The notes beneath the pieces are model-generated. The model was not told the DNA's origin. It saw only the letters and a program-made list of their open reading frames with translations, and ran no database searches. Below are positions 19,291 through 28,150 of a stretch of DNA of 64,000 nt, in pieces (position 1 is the first letter of the stretch; each line of letters starts with the position of its first letter). This stretch comes from an uncultured delta proteobacterium (GTDB lineage: Bacteria; Myxococcota; Myxococcia; Myxococcales; Anaeromyxobacteraceae), in assembly GCA_963814585.1 (NCBI GenBank), contig CAWFDF010000014.1, positions 256,001 to 320,000 of the forward strand. Reading direction: 5' to 3'. Position numbers and translations under genes: made by a program.

Positions 19291-21759
19291 TCAGGGAACC
19301 AGCCCGTGCGAACCAGGGACGGAGAGCGAGCCGGTCGCGCCGCCGTGGCAGGTGGCGCAGGCCTCCACCCCACCGACGGTGTAGGCGGCGGCGTGGGAAC
19401 GCCCCGGCCCGGTGTCGTGGCAGCTCATGCAGGCCGACTGGAGCGGGCCGATGCGCGCCTCGCTGGAGGGGTGCAGGGCCGAGGCCGAGTGGACGATCGT
19501 GGCGGACTCGTTGGCCACCGTGGACCCGGCGGTGGCCGGCACCGCCTCGAGCCGGTAGCTCTCCTCGACGTGGCAGAGCCGGCAGTCGGCGAGCCGGCCC
19601 GGGAAGCGGACGTCGTCGAGGAAGATCGGGGAGCCCCCGTAGACGACGTGCGGGGCGGCCGCCTGCAACCCGGCCACGCCGGTCGACTCGCCGGTGTGGA
19701 TGCGGTGGACCATCACCGTGAAGTGGATGGACCGCTCCTCCCGGCCGTCGTAGGTCCCGAGGACGTTGCCGGAGGGGATGGCGAGGTTGACGTTCCCGTT
19801 CACCTTGGGCCGCCGGCTCCAGTCGGTCCGATCCGGGGCGTGGCACAGCACGCAGTACTCCGGGTCGTGGCGGGCGCCGTGCAGGGCGAGCCGGCCGTGG
19901 CACTGGTTGCACCGGTCCGCCGCCACCACCCTGCGGCGCGGGGCTGGGCTCCCGGTCCACATGCTGCCGGTGGCGGTGTCGACGTACTGGACCCGGTTCT
20001 CGGCGGTCTCGCTGATCGACTCGCCGGTGTAGGGCCAGGGGAAGGCGTCGTTGGGGGCATCGTAGTGGACGGTGGCCAGCGTCCGGCGGCCCTCCATGCC
20101 CACGGCCCAGGTGCCGCCGGCATCGGCCGGGAGCGCATTGCCGAAGGCGTAGCTGTACTGCCCGCTGGCGTCGGCCGCCAGGGTGAGCGGCACCGGCTCG
20201 ATGGCCGGCAGCACGTTGCCCACCGCGAAGTTCCGGGTGACCGCGTCGGTGGCCGGGCCCGAGATGATGACGCTGAGCCGGGTGAAGCCGCGTGGCACCG
20301 GGCTGACCCCCGCCAGCGTGTTGCCGTTGAGCGGTGAGATGTCGCCGTTCCGGTCCCGGGCCCTGAAGACCACCGTCGGGCGCTGCCCCGGCCTCAGGTC
20401 CTGCACCTGCACCACGTCGAGCTGGGGCTTCTCGTACCTGGCGCTCAGGTAGATGGGAACGTGGACGTCACGGGTGTCGGCGTAGAGCTTGAACGGGGCC
20501 GCCCCGCCCGGGCTGACGTGGCACTTGGCGCAGTCGCCGTCGTCGGGCTGCGGGCCGCCGAGGTGCGCGAAGTGGAACTGGTCGGTGCTCCCCTGGCCGA
20601 ACCAGACGTCGGGGTGGCAGCTGCCACAGGTGCGGCGCGAAATGGCGTTGACCTGCTCGTCGGCCTGCGGCGCATCACCGTGGCAGACCTCACAGTCACG
20701 GAGGTTTCGCGGGAAGCCGATCCCCTCGGCCACCACCCTGGCCGGCTGGTCGTTCTCGGCCCGGCTGACCACCTTGCCGACCACCAGCTCCTCGCTCCGA
20801 TACCCGATGATGGAGTAGCGCCGGCCCGCCACCGGGGCGTTGCGGCCCGGGAGGAACGGGAGCGGCATGAGGCTGTTGGACGCCAGCGGCGGCGCCGGCA
20901 GCGTGTTGCTGCTGGCGAGGTAGAGCGTGGGCATGTTCTTGCCGCGGTGGATGCGGTGGACCAACCGCCCCAGGTCGAGGGGGTTGGGATTGCTGGCGGC
21001 GGTGGCCCCGGCCATGGCGGCCGGGTCGATGGTGTCGGGGTCGGCGTTCTGGACGGTGTGGCAGGTGAGGCAGAGCCGCACCCCGTGGCGGACGCCGTGG
21101 GCCACGACCTGGCCGTGGCAGGTGTTGCAGCTGGCGTCGAGGACGGTGTCCCGGACCCGGGCCGTCCCACCCGCCGGCACGAAGTCGAAGGTGGTCGCCG
21201 ACCGGTCCGAGACCGGCGCGCCGTTCAGCCAGGCCCCGATCCGCATGGTCTCGGTGGGGACGTAGTCGAACGGCGGCGTGGCGGGAAGCGCGTTGAGGAA
21301 GGTGTACCGGAAGGTGCCGCCCCCCAGGTCCTCGACCGAGCCGGTCCTCTCGGAGCCGGGCTGCTTGCCGCTGTCGAGGAACTCCGGCGGCGTCCCCGGC
21401 CCTGCGATGGGGTTGCTGGTGAGCGTGGCGCTGCCGGTGCGGAGCAGGCTCTTCCAGGCGGCCAGCCCGTTCACCGGATCGGTGGAGAGGGCGGCCACCG
21501 TCCAGTTCGGCATCACCGTGGCGGCGGTGAGCTGGTTCAAGGAGGCGGGCGAGCCGTCGGCGGTCACGGCGTAGTCGACCACCACCACGTTCCCGGCGGC
21601 CGCCGCCGTGACCGTCGCCCCGGTGATCTCGATCGAGTAGACGCTGGCCGCGGGCGCCGGCACGACCGGCACCTCGTCCCACGTCACCGGCGTGCAGGCA
21701 GCCGACGCCATCGCCGCACCGAGCGCCGCCACCCTCCACCTTGCCGAACGGCTCTGCAT
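19291..21759 (-). CDS. Decaheme c-type cytochrome lipoprotein, OmcA/MtrC family
   Basis: Ten CxxCH motifs in two groups of five, each group with VHRIH and preceded by a heme-free domain. Lipobox SAAC. Confidence 0.9.
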   Translation of the reverse strand: MQSRSARWRVAALGAAMASAACTPVTWDEVPVVPAPAASVYSIEITGATVTAAAAGNVVVVDYAVTADGSPASLNQLTAATVMPNWTVAALSTDPVNGLAAWKSLLRTGSATLTSNPIAGPGTPPEFLDSGKQPGSERTGSVEDLGGGTFRYTFLNALPATPPFDYVPTETMRIGAWLNGAPVSDRSATTFDFVPAGGTARVRDTVLDASCNTCHGQVVAHGVRHGVRLCLTCHTVQNADPDTIDPAAMAGATAASNPNPLDLGRLVHRIHRGKNMPTLYLASSNTLPAPPLASNSLMPLPFLPGRNAPVAGRRYSIIGYRSEELVVGKVVSRAENDQPARVVAEGIGFPRNLRDCEVCHGDAPQADEQVNAISRRTCGSCHPDVWFGQGSTDQFHFAHLGGPQPDDGDCAKCHVSPGGAAPFKLYADTRDVHVPIYLSARYEKPQLDVVQVQDLRPGQRPTVVFRARDRNGDISPLNGNTLAGVSPVPRGFTRLSVIISGPATDAVTRNFAVGNVLPAIEPVPLTLAADASGQYSYAFGNALPADAGGTWAVGMEGRRTLATVHYDAPNDAFPWPYTGESISETAENRVQYVDTATGSMWTGSPAPRRRVVAADRCNQCHGRLALHGARHDPEYCVLCHAPDRTDWSRRPKVNGNVNLAIPSGNVLGTYDGREERSIHFTVMVHRIHTGESTGVAGLQAAAPHVVYGGSPIFLDDVRFPGRLADCRLCHVEESYRLEAVPATAGSTVANESATIVHSASALHPSSEARIGPLQSACMSCHDTGPGRSHAAAYTVGGVEACATCHGGATGSLSVPGSHGLVP

Positions 21760-21854
21760 CCTCGCCCCTCCGCGGAATGGCGGCATGCTATCCCAATCCG
21801 CTCCCCAGCACGCCTTTCCGGCCGCCCCCGGTCGCCGCCAGGTGGGAGCCTCCC

Positions 21855-22352
21855 CTACCCCACCAGCTCCTCGAAGACGCCGCTCTCCCGGTTCTTCCGG
21901 ACCTGGTCGCCCCGGAAGACGCGCCCGTTCATGGCGACGTAGACGCCGGCGGGGAGCACCTGCGCGAAGGAGAGCGCGCTGCCGAGGTTGAAGAGCCCGT
22001 CCGAGCTGCCGAAGGCGTAGGGGACCATGGCCCCGGTGAGCACCACCGTCTTGCCGAGACCGGCCACCTGCAGCGCGCGAGCGGTCTCGGCCATGGTGTC
22101 GGTGCCGTGGGTGACCACCAGCCGGCCCTCGGCGCTGCTCCGGCAGCGCTCCACCACGCGCGCCCGATCTTCCCCGGTCATGTCGAGGCTGTCGATCATC
22201 ATCAGGGTCTCGACCTGCACCGGGATGCGGCAGCGGGCCAGGCGGAGCATCTCGGGGAGGTGGGTGTCCTTGAAGAAGAGCCGCCCGCCCAGCTCGTCGT
22301 ACTCCTTGTCGAAGGTGCCGCCGGTGACCAGGACTCGGATGGTGGGGTTCAT
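21855..22352 (-). CDS. Short-chain asparaginase-family protein
   Basis: VTGGT, HGTDTM, VLTGAM and VYVAMNG motifs; 165 aa. Confidence 0.9.
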   Translation of the reverse strand: MNPTIRVLVTGGTFDKEYDELGGRLFFKDTHLPEMLRLARCRIPVQVETLMMIDSLDMTGEDRARVVERCRSSAEGRLVVTHGTDTMAETARALQVAGLGKTVVLTGAMVPYAFGSSDGLFNLGSALSFAQVLPAGVYVAMNGRVFRGDQVRKNRESGVFEELVG

Positions 22353-22439
22353 GGGGTGGCTCCCTGGCTTCCCGGCCGGCGGTGGGGGCCCGGGCCGGCG
22401 CCGATGATACGGCCCGGCGAGGCGCGCCGGAAGCGCGGT

Positions 22440-22892
22440 ATGTTCCGGGGCGTGCCCCTCTTCTCCAGCCGCCTGCCCGCCGTCGTCACCCGCGCCGACC
22501 TGGCGTGGCTCGTCACCCCCACCTACGCCGAGGCGCTCTCGGTCGAGGACGACGAGGCCCACGAGCGGCTGGAGCGGGCCCTCGCCCACCCCGACCTGGT
22601 CGACGACCTGCTGTGGGGGATCTCCGAGGCGCTGCCCGCCAAGCAGGGGGCCCGCACCAGCGACGACCAGCTGGTCGACCGGCTCTCCAGGGCGCTCCAC
22701 GCCCGCCGCGGCAAGGTGACGGCGGCGCCGGCCGGGCCGGCGGTCTCCGCGGTGCTGGTGAGGATCAACGTCGAGCTGGGGCTGGCGCCCGAGCCGATGC
22801 GCGCGACGCTCCAGACCGACAAGGGACGGAAGCTGCTCGACGAGGGGCTCCGCACGCTCGGCGCCCATCTGGTGAACGAACTCCTGAGGTGA
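22440..22892 (+). CDS. Hypothetical protein
   Basis: Protein-like composition and coding-type third-position GC bias. Fills the gap upstream of the ADH gene. Confidence 0.65.
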   Translation: MFRGVPLFSSRLPAVVTRADLAWLVTPTYAEALSVEDDEAHERLERALAHPDLVDDLLWGISEALPAKQGARTSDDQLVDRLSRALHARRGKVTAAPAGPAVSAVLVRINVELGLAPEPMRATLQTDKGRKLLDEGLRTLGAHLVNELLR

Positions 22893-22915
22893 ACCCGCGC
22901 CTGGGAAGGACCGCC

Positions 22916-23959
22916 ATGCCGAAGACCAAGGCCTACGCCGCGCTCTCCCCCACCACCCCGCTGGTGCCGTTCGAGGTCGAGCGGCGCGAGCCGGGCCCCG
23001 CCGACGTGGTCATCGACGTGGCCTGGTGCGGGGTCTGCCACTCCGACATCCACCAGGCCCGCAACGAGTGGGGCGGCTCGCTCTTCCCCATGGTGCCGGG
23101 CCACGAGATCGTCGGCACGGTGGTGCGCGTGGGGGACGCGGTGAAGCGGTTCGCGGTGGGAGACCGGGCTGGCGTCGGCTGCATGGTCGACTCCTGCCGC
23201 ACCTGCGACAGCTGCCGGCACGACCTCGAGCAGTTCTGCTGGAAGGGCGCGGCCTTCACCTACAACGGCACCGAGATGGACCGGAAGACGCCCACCTTCG
23301 GCGGCTACTCGAAGCAGGTGGTGGTGACCGAGGCCTTCGCGCTCCGGGTCTCCCCGGAGCTCGATCTGGCCGCCGCCGCGCCGCTGCTCTGCGCCGGCAT
23401 CACCACCTGGTCGCCGCTGCGCCACTGGAAGGCCGGCCCGGGCCAGCGAGTCGGCGTGGTCGGCCTGGGCGGGCTGGGCCACATGGCGGTCAAGCTGGCC
23501 ACCTCGCTGGGCTGCGAGGTGACCATGCTCTCCACCTCGCAGGGCAAGGAGGCCGACGCCCGCCGCCTCGGGGCCACCGAGTTCGGCCTCACCACCGAGA
23601 AGGCCACCTTCAAGCGGCTGTCGAGGCGCTTCGACCTGATCCTCGACACCATCTCGGCGCCGCACGACTACAACGCCTACCTCGGCCTGCTCAAGGTGGA
23701 CGGGACCATGGTGCTGCTGGGGGTCCCGCCCCAGCCGGCGCCGGTGGCGGCCTTCGCCCTCATCGGCGGGCGGCGCAGCCTGGCCGGCTCCTCCATCGGC
23801 GGCATCGCCGAGACGCAGGAGATGCTCGACCACTGCGCCCGGCACGGCATCACCTCCGACGTCGAGGTGATCCCGGTGGCCCAGGTGAACCAGGCCTACG
23901 AGCGGATGCTGAGGAACGACGTCCGCTACCGGTTCGTCCTCGACCTGGCGACGCTGTAG
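22916..23959 (+). CDS. Zn-dependent NAD(P)-dependent alcohol dehydrogenase (cinnamyl-ADH/YahK-like)
   Basis: CGVCHSD, GHEIVG, a four-Cys structural Zn site, PLLCAGIT and GLGGLGH. Confidence 0.95.
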   Translation: MPKTKAYAALSPTTPLVPFEVERREPGPADVVIDVAWCGVCHSDIHQARNEWGGSLFPMVPGHEIVGTVVRVGDAVKRFAVGDRAGVGCMVDSCRTCDSCRHDLEQFCWKGAAFTYNGTEMDRKTPTFGGYSKQVVVTEAFALRVSPELDLAAAAPLLCAGITTWSPLRHWKAGPGQRVGVVGLGGLGHMAVKLATSLGCEVTMLSTSQGKEADARRLGATEFGLTTEKATFKRLSRRFDLILDTISAPHDYNAYLGLLKVDGTMVLLGVPPQPAPVAAFALIGGRRSLAGSSIGGIAETQEMLDHCARHGITSDVEVIPVAQVNQAYERMLRNDVRYRFVLDLATL

Positions 23960-23968
23960 CCGCCGCGA

Positions 23969-24322
23969 CTACCGCGGCATGTCGCCCAGGCCGCCGGCGT
24001 TCACCACCTGCGCGAAGCCGGCCTGCTTCAGCATGCGGGCCGCCATGCCGCTGCGGGCGCCCGAGGCGCAGTAGAGCACCACGGCCTGGTCCTTCTTGAC
24101 CTCGCCCATGCGCCGGGCCAGCTCTCCCACCGGGATGTTCACCGCGCCCGGGTAGAAGCCGTCCCGGAACTCCTCCGGTGAGCGGACGTCCACGATCTGT
24201 GCACCGGCCTTGACCAGCTCGACCACCACGTTCTGAGCCACCTTGCCTCCTTTGAGGAACCTTCTGCCGACGAGCCACACCGCCACGGCGACCACCGCCG
24301 CGGTCACTGGATCGATGTTCAC
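23969..24322 (-). CDS. Membrane-anchored rhodanese domain protein
   Basis: N-terminal TM helix, IVDVRSPEEF and YCASGARS. GTG start overlaps the upstream stop. Confidence 0.88.
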   Translation of the reverse strand: MNIDPVTAAVVAVAVWLVGRRFLKGGKVAQNVVVELVKAGAQIVDVRSPEEFRDGFYPGAVNIPVGELARRMGEVKKDQAVVLYCASGARSGMAARMLKQAGFAQVVNAGGLGDMPR

Positions 24323-25980
24323 GCGCCCTCCACGTCGAAGCCGCCCTCGAGCTCCATGCTCACCCAGCCGCCGGTCACGTTGGCGACGTCGCGGTATCCA
24401 TTCTCCGCCATGGCCCGGAGCGCCAGGTGGGCGCGGAAGCCGGTGCGGCAGTGGAGGACGATGCGCCGGTCGCGCGGCAGCTGGGCCAGCTCCCAGCGGA
24501 CGTCGTCGACCGGCAGGTGCTGCGCCCCGGCCAGGTGGCCCCGGGACCACTCCCCCAGCGTCCGGACGTCGACCACCAGCGGCGGCTTCGGCCCGGCCAG
24601 CTCCGCCTTGAGCTGAGCGGCGGTGACCAGCGGAGAGAAGCCGGAGAGGTCGTTGCCGGCGATGAAGGCCGCCAGGTTGACCGGATCGTTGGCCGAGGAG
24701 TAGGGCGGCGCGTAGGCGAGATCGAGCTCGGCGAGATCGTGCACCGTCAGCTTCCCGTGCAGCGCCGTGGCCAGCACGTCGATCCGCTTCTCGACGCCGG
24801 CGTGCCCGAAGGCCTGGGCCCCGAGCAGGCGGGCCGTCTTCCGGTCGTGGACCAGCTTGAGCGAGAGCTCCCGGCCGCCCGGGTAGTAGCCGGCGTGGTG
24901 GTCCTTGTGGATCACCGCCACGCCCACCTCGAAGCCGGCCTCACGCGCGGCCCGCTCGGTCAATCCAGTGGAAGCCGCGGTGGCCTCGAAGATCTTCACC
25001 ACGCTGGTGCCGCTGGCGCCACCGTAGCGCATCGACCCGCCGAGCGCGTTGGTGGCGGCGATCCGACCCTGGCGGTTGGCCGGTCCGGCCAGGGGGATGC
25101 GGACCTTCCTGCCGGAGACCCGGTGGAGGATCTCGACCATGTCGCCGGCGGCGTAGATGTCCGGATCCGAGGTCTGGAGGCGATCGTCCACCAGCAGCCC
25201 GCCGGCCGGTCCGAGGGTGAGGCCGGCCGACTTCACCAGCGTCAGCTCGGGCCGCACCCCCACCGAGAAGAGCACCAGGTCGGCGGGGAGCCGCCGGCCG
25301 TCGGAGAGCTCCACCGTCCGGTCCCCCCCGACCGACTTGACGCCGGCGCCGGTCAGCACCTGGACGCCGTGGGCGGCCAGCTCGCCGGCCACCTGCACGC
25401 CGAACTCCCGGTCCATCACCCCCATCACCGTGGGCAGCAGCTCGACCACGGTGGTCTCGAGGCCGCGCTGGCGGAAGGCCTCGGCCATCTCCAGCCCGAT
25501 GAAGCCGCCGCCCACCACCACGGCGTGGCGCGGCTTCTCGGTCTCGATGAAGCCGTCGAGCCGGTCCATGTCGGGCACGGTCCAGAGCTTGAAGACGTGG
25601 GACGCATCGGCACCCGGGAGCGGCGGCATGATGGGGTTGCCACCCTGGGCCAGGACCAGCTTGTCGTAGGCGAACCAGCGCTCGCCCTCGGGGCCGATGG
25701 CGCGAACCCGCTTGCCGGCGCGGTCGATCTCCAGCGCCTCGGTGCGCAGCTCGACCTGGACCCGGTAGCGGGCGTCGAAGCCCTCCGGCGTCTGCAGCAG
25801 CAGGTCGGAGCGCTTCTGGATGTCGCGCGAGATGAAGTAGGGCAGGCCGCAGTTGGCGTAGGAGACGTACGGCCCCCGCTCCAGCACCGTGATCTCGGCG
25901 GTCTCGCTGAGCCGCCGGGCCCGGGCCGCGGCGGTGGCGCCACCGGCGACGCCTCCGATGATGAGCAGTCTCGTCGTCAT
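24319..25980 (-). CDS. CoA-disulfide reductase / rhodanese fusion (Npsr-like)
   Basis: GGVAGG, SYANCGLPY, GGGFIG, YAPPYS and a C-terminal rhodanese domain with HCRTGFRA. Confidence 0.92.
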   Translation of the reverse strand: MTTRLLIIGGVAGGATAAARARRLSETAEITVLERGPYVSYANCGLPYFISRDIQKRSDLLLQTPEGFDARYRVQVELRTEALEIDRAGKRVRAIGPEGERWFAYDKLVLAQGGNPIMPPLPGADASHVFKLWTVPDMDRLDGFIETEKPRHAVVVGGGFIGLEMAEAFRQRGLETTVVELLPTVMGVMDREFGVQVAGELAAHGVQVLTGAGVKSVGGDRTVELSDGRRLPADLVLFSVGVRPELTLVKSAGLTLGPAGGLLVDDRLQTSDPDIYAAGDMVEILHRVSGRKVRIPLAGPANRQGRIAATNALGGSMRYGGASGTSVVKIFEATAASTGLTERAAREAGFEVGVAVIHKDHHAGYYPGGRELSLKLVHDRKTARLLGAQAFGHAGVEKRIDVLATALHGKLTVHDLAELDLAYAPPYSSANDPVNLAAFIAGNDLSGFSPLVTAAQLKAELAGPKPPLVVDVRTLGEWSRGHLAGAQHLPVDDVRWELAQLPRDRRIVLHCRTGFRAHLALRAMAENGYRDVANVTGGWVSMELEGGFDVEGA

Positions 25981-26070
25981 GGCGGGTGGGAGCCCCCGGC
26001 TCCCCGAAGGATTCGGCGGGGCGGCCACTTGACCGCCCGCCCGCCCTCCAATACGACGGGGGCGCACCGC

Positions 26071-27420
26071 ATGGTCAACTCCCTGGAACCCCTGCTCGCC
26101 GATGGCGTCATCGACGAGGTCCTCTCCCGGCTCAAGAGCGGCAAGGAGGCGGACCTCTGGCTGGTCCGCCACGGCGAGGAGATCGTCGCCGCCAAGGTCT
26201 ACAAGGCCCGCGAGGCCCGCTCGTTCAAGAACAACTCGGCCTACCTGGAGGGTCGGCGCGTCCGGAACAGCCGGACCCAGCGGGCCATGGACCGGGGCAG
26301 CCGCTTCGGCCAGGCGGCCTCCGAGGAGGCCTGGAAGACCAAGGAGGCCGACGCCCTCCACGCGCTGCACGCCGCCGGGGTCCGGGTGCCCCGCCCCGTC
26401 CTCTTCTACGAGGGGGTGCTGCTGATGGAGGTGGTGGTGGACGCGGCCGGCCGCCCGGCGCCCCGGCTCATCGAGGCCCAGGTGGGCCGTGACCAGGCCG
26501 CCGGCCTCTACGCCGGCCTCCGCTCCCAGGTGGTGCGGATGCTGTGCTGCGACCTGGTCCACGGCGACCTCTCCCCCTACAACGTGCTGCTGGCCTGGGA
26601 CGGGCCGGTGATCATCGACTTCCCGCAGGTGGTGGGGGCGGCCCACAACAGCCAGGCCGAGGGGTTCTTCTTCCGCGACCTCGCCAACCTGCGCCACCAC
26701 TTCGAGGCCATCGATCCGGCGCTCCGGGCCGCGGCCGGCGACGGGCGGGAGATCTGGCGGGCCTACGTGAAGCGGGAGCTGACGCCCGACTTCGTGCCCC
26801 CGCCGCCGCGCCCGGGCGCGCCACCGCCGGTCGAGCCGCGCCTGCAGCAGCCGCGGCGCCCCCAGCAGCAGCCGGCCCAGCCGCAGCGGTCCGGCGGGGC
26901 GGGACGCCCGGCCCACCAGGAGCGACCGCTGCAGCATCACCGCGCTCACCAGACGACCCGCCCACCACACCAGCAGGCGCAGCGCCCGGCCAGGCCGCCG
27001 CAGCAGCCGCAGCGTCCCGCTCAGCCCGGGCGGCAGCCCCAGCCGCAGCGTCCGGCCCATCCAGCTCACCAGCCAGCGCGTCAGCCACAGCGCCCGCCGC
27101 AGCAGCAGCCGCAGGACTCCGGCCAGCCGGGGCGTCAGCCGCAGCAGCAGCGACCGGCCCAGCCTGTGCGCCAACCCCAGTCCCAGCCGGAGCGATCGCC
27201 CGCCCAGGGTCGCCAGCAGCAGCCGCGGCGCCAGGGTGGTCCCGGTCAACCGCCACGGGGCCCGATCGTGGAGAGGCGGCCGGTGCTCGGGGTACAGGCG
27301 GCGCCGCCAGCCCCTTCGGCTCCGGAGGCCGTGGGAGTGGCACCCTCCTCCCCTGGCCAGGGACGGAAACGGGGAAGACGGCGCAGGGGTGGGCGCGGCG
27401 GTGGACCTGGCGGTCCTTAG
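26071..27420 (+). CDS. RIO1-family kinase with a Gln/Pro/Arg-rich C-terminal tail
   Basis: KSGKEA, AAKVY, VHGDLSPYNVL and IIDFPQ motifs. Confidence 0.9.
   Translation: MVNSLEPLLADGVIDEVLSRLKSGKEADLWLVRHGEEIVAAKVYKAREARSFKNNSAYLEGRRVRNSRTQRAMDRGSRFGQAASEEAWKTKEADALHALHAAGVRVPRPVLFYEGVLLMEVVVDAAGRPAPRLIEAQVGRDQAAGLYAGLRSQVVRMLCCDLVHGDLSPYNVLLAWDGPVIIDFPQVVGAAHNSQAEGFFFRDLANLRHHFEAIDPALRAAAGDGREIWRAYVKRELTPDFVPPPPRPGAPPPVEPRLQQPRRPQQQPAQPQRSGGAGRPAHQERPLQHHRAHQTTRPPHQQAQRPARPPQQPQRPAQPGRQPQPQRPAHPAHQPARQPQRPPQQQPQDSGQPGRQPQQQRPAQPVRQPQSQPERSPAQGRQQQPRRQGGPGQPPRGPIVERRPVLGVQAAPPAPSAPEAVGVAPSSPGQGRKRGRRRRGGRGGGPGGP
26840..27255 (+). repeat. Degenerate in-frame repeats encoding QP/QRPAQP low-complexity sequence
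   Basis: Recurrent cagccgcag and cagcgcccg units. Confidence 0.7.
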
Positions 27421-27598
27421 TGCCGCGCCCCAGGCAAGATGCCTACTGCGAGAGCCGATCCTCTCGCTGCGGCAGGCGGCCTCGTCGGTCCGCTGCTCAG
27501 CGTAGCGCTGCTACGCTTCCGCTGCTCCCTCCTCGGGCGCCAGCCTCGCTTCGGTCTCGGCTCTCTCGTCACGTCATCTTGCCTGGGGCGCGGCACTA
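27418..27598. mobile_element. MITE/REPIN-like non-autonomous element, 181 bp
   Basis: Perfect 24-bp terminal inverted repeats at 27418-27441 and 27575-27598. Inner IR gagagccga/tcggctctc. Central hairpin agcgtagc-gct-gctacgct flanked by a tccgctgctc direct repeat. Confidence 0.75.
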
Positions 27599-27961
27599 GC
27601 GAAGCCCGACCACGTTGTCCCCGCCCTCCCACTCGGCCAGCCGCCCCACCTGGCGGGCCAGCTCGGGCCAGGTCTCGCCGGTGCAGCGCTCCACCTCGCG
27701 GGCCAGGAAGGCCCTGAGCCTGGGGTAGTCCCACTCGAAGACCAGCAGCAGGCCTCGACCCGGCACCGCGCCCTGCCTGCCGTGGCGCCGCTCCAGCCAG
27801 CTCGGCGTCGCCACCAGCAGCTCGAACCGCTCGCGCCCGCGCAGGCCGAGCACGCCGACCTCCAGCACCAGCGGGATGGCGAACTCGCCGGGGGCGGGCG
27901 GCCGCCAGCCCTCCAGGTCGGAGATCTCGTCGCAGCGGAGGCTCTTGAGGCGGGCGCGCAT
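27596..27961 (-). CDS. Imm8-family immunity protein
   Basis: MRARLKSL...DLEGWRP...FELLVATPSWL...GRGLLLVFEWD...CTGETWPELA...WE fits the Imm8 pattern as I recall it. Confidence 0.78.
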   Translation of the reverse strand: MRARLKSLRCDEISDLEGWRPPAPGEFAIPLVLEVGVLGLRGRERFELLVATPSWLERRHGRQGAVPGRGLLLVFEWDYPRLRAFLAREVERCTGETWPELARQVGRLAEWEGGDNVVGLR

Positions 27962-28101
27962 CCGGACAATGTAACGCGCGGGGACCACCCCGGCCGCCCG
28001 AGCCATCGTGGAATGGCGCGTGGGGCGCCCGGTCAGGGACGGAAGCGGCGCATGCGGCGCGGTGGGAGCGGTGACGGGGTCGGAGACGATGCTCTTGGCT
28101 T

Positions 28102-28133
28102 GGGACGGCTCCACCAGAAGCCGGAGCCGTCCC
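28102..28133 (-). terminator. Stem-loop downstream of the beta-oxidation operon
   Basis: 11-bp stem gggacggctcc/ggagccgtccc; no clear U-tract. Confidence 0.45.
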
Positions 28134-28150
28134 GATTGGAGCCGTCGCGA

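Noticed and set aside
24319..27249. Apparent long N-terminal extensions or fusions in the ORF track (CoADR, RIO1, ABC ATPase 42136-45348, aroF-overlapping 14392-17289)
   Set aside because: The upstream parts overlap real genes in other frames or strands. Family motifs begin at the downstream starts used in the annotation.
26840..27598. Possible CRISPR array in the repeat-rich RIO1 tail and adjacent element
   Set aside because: The repeats are codon-based or inverted, there are no regular repeat-spacer units, and no cas genes are present.
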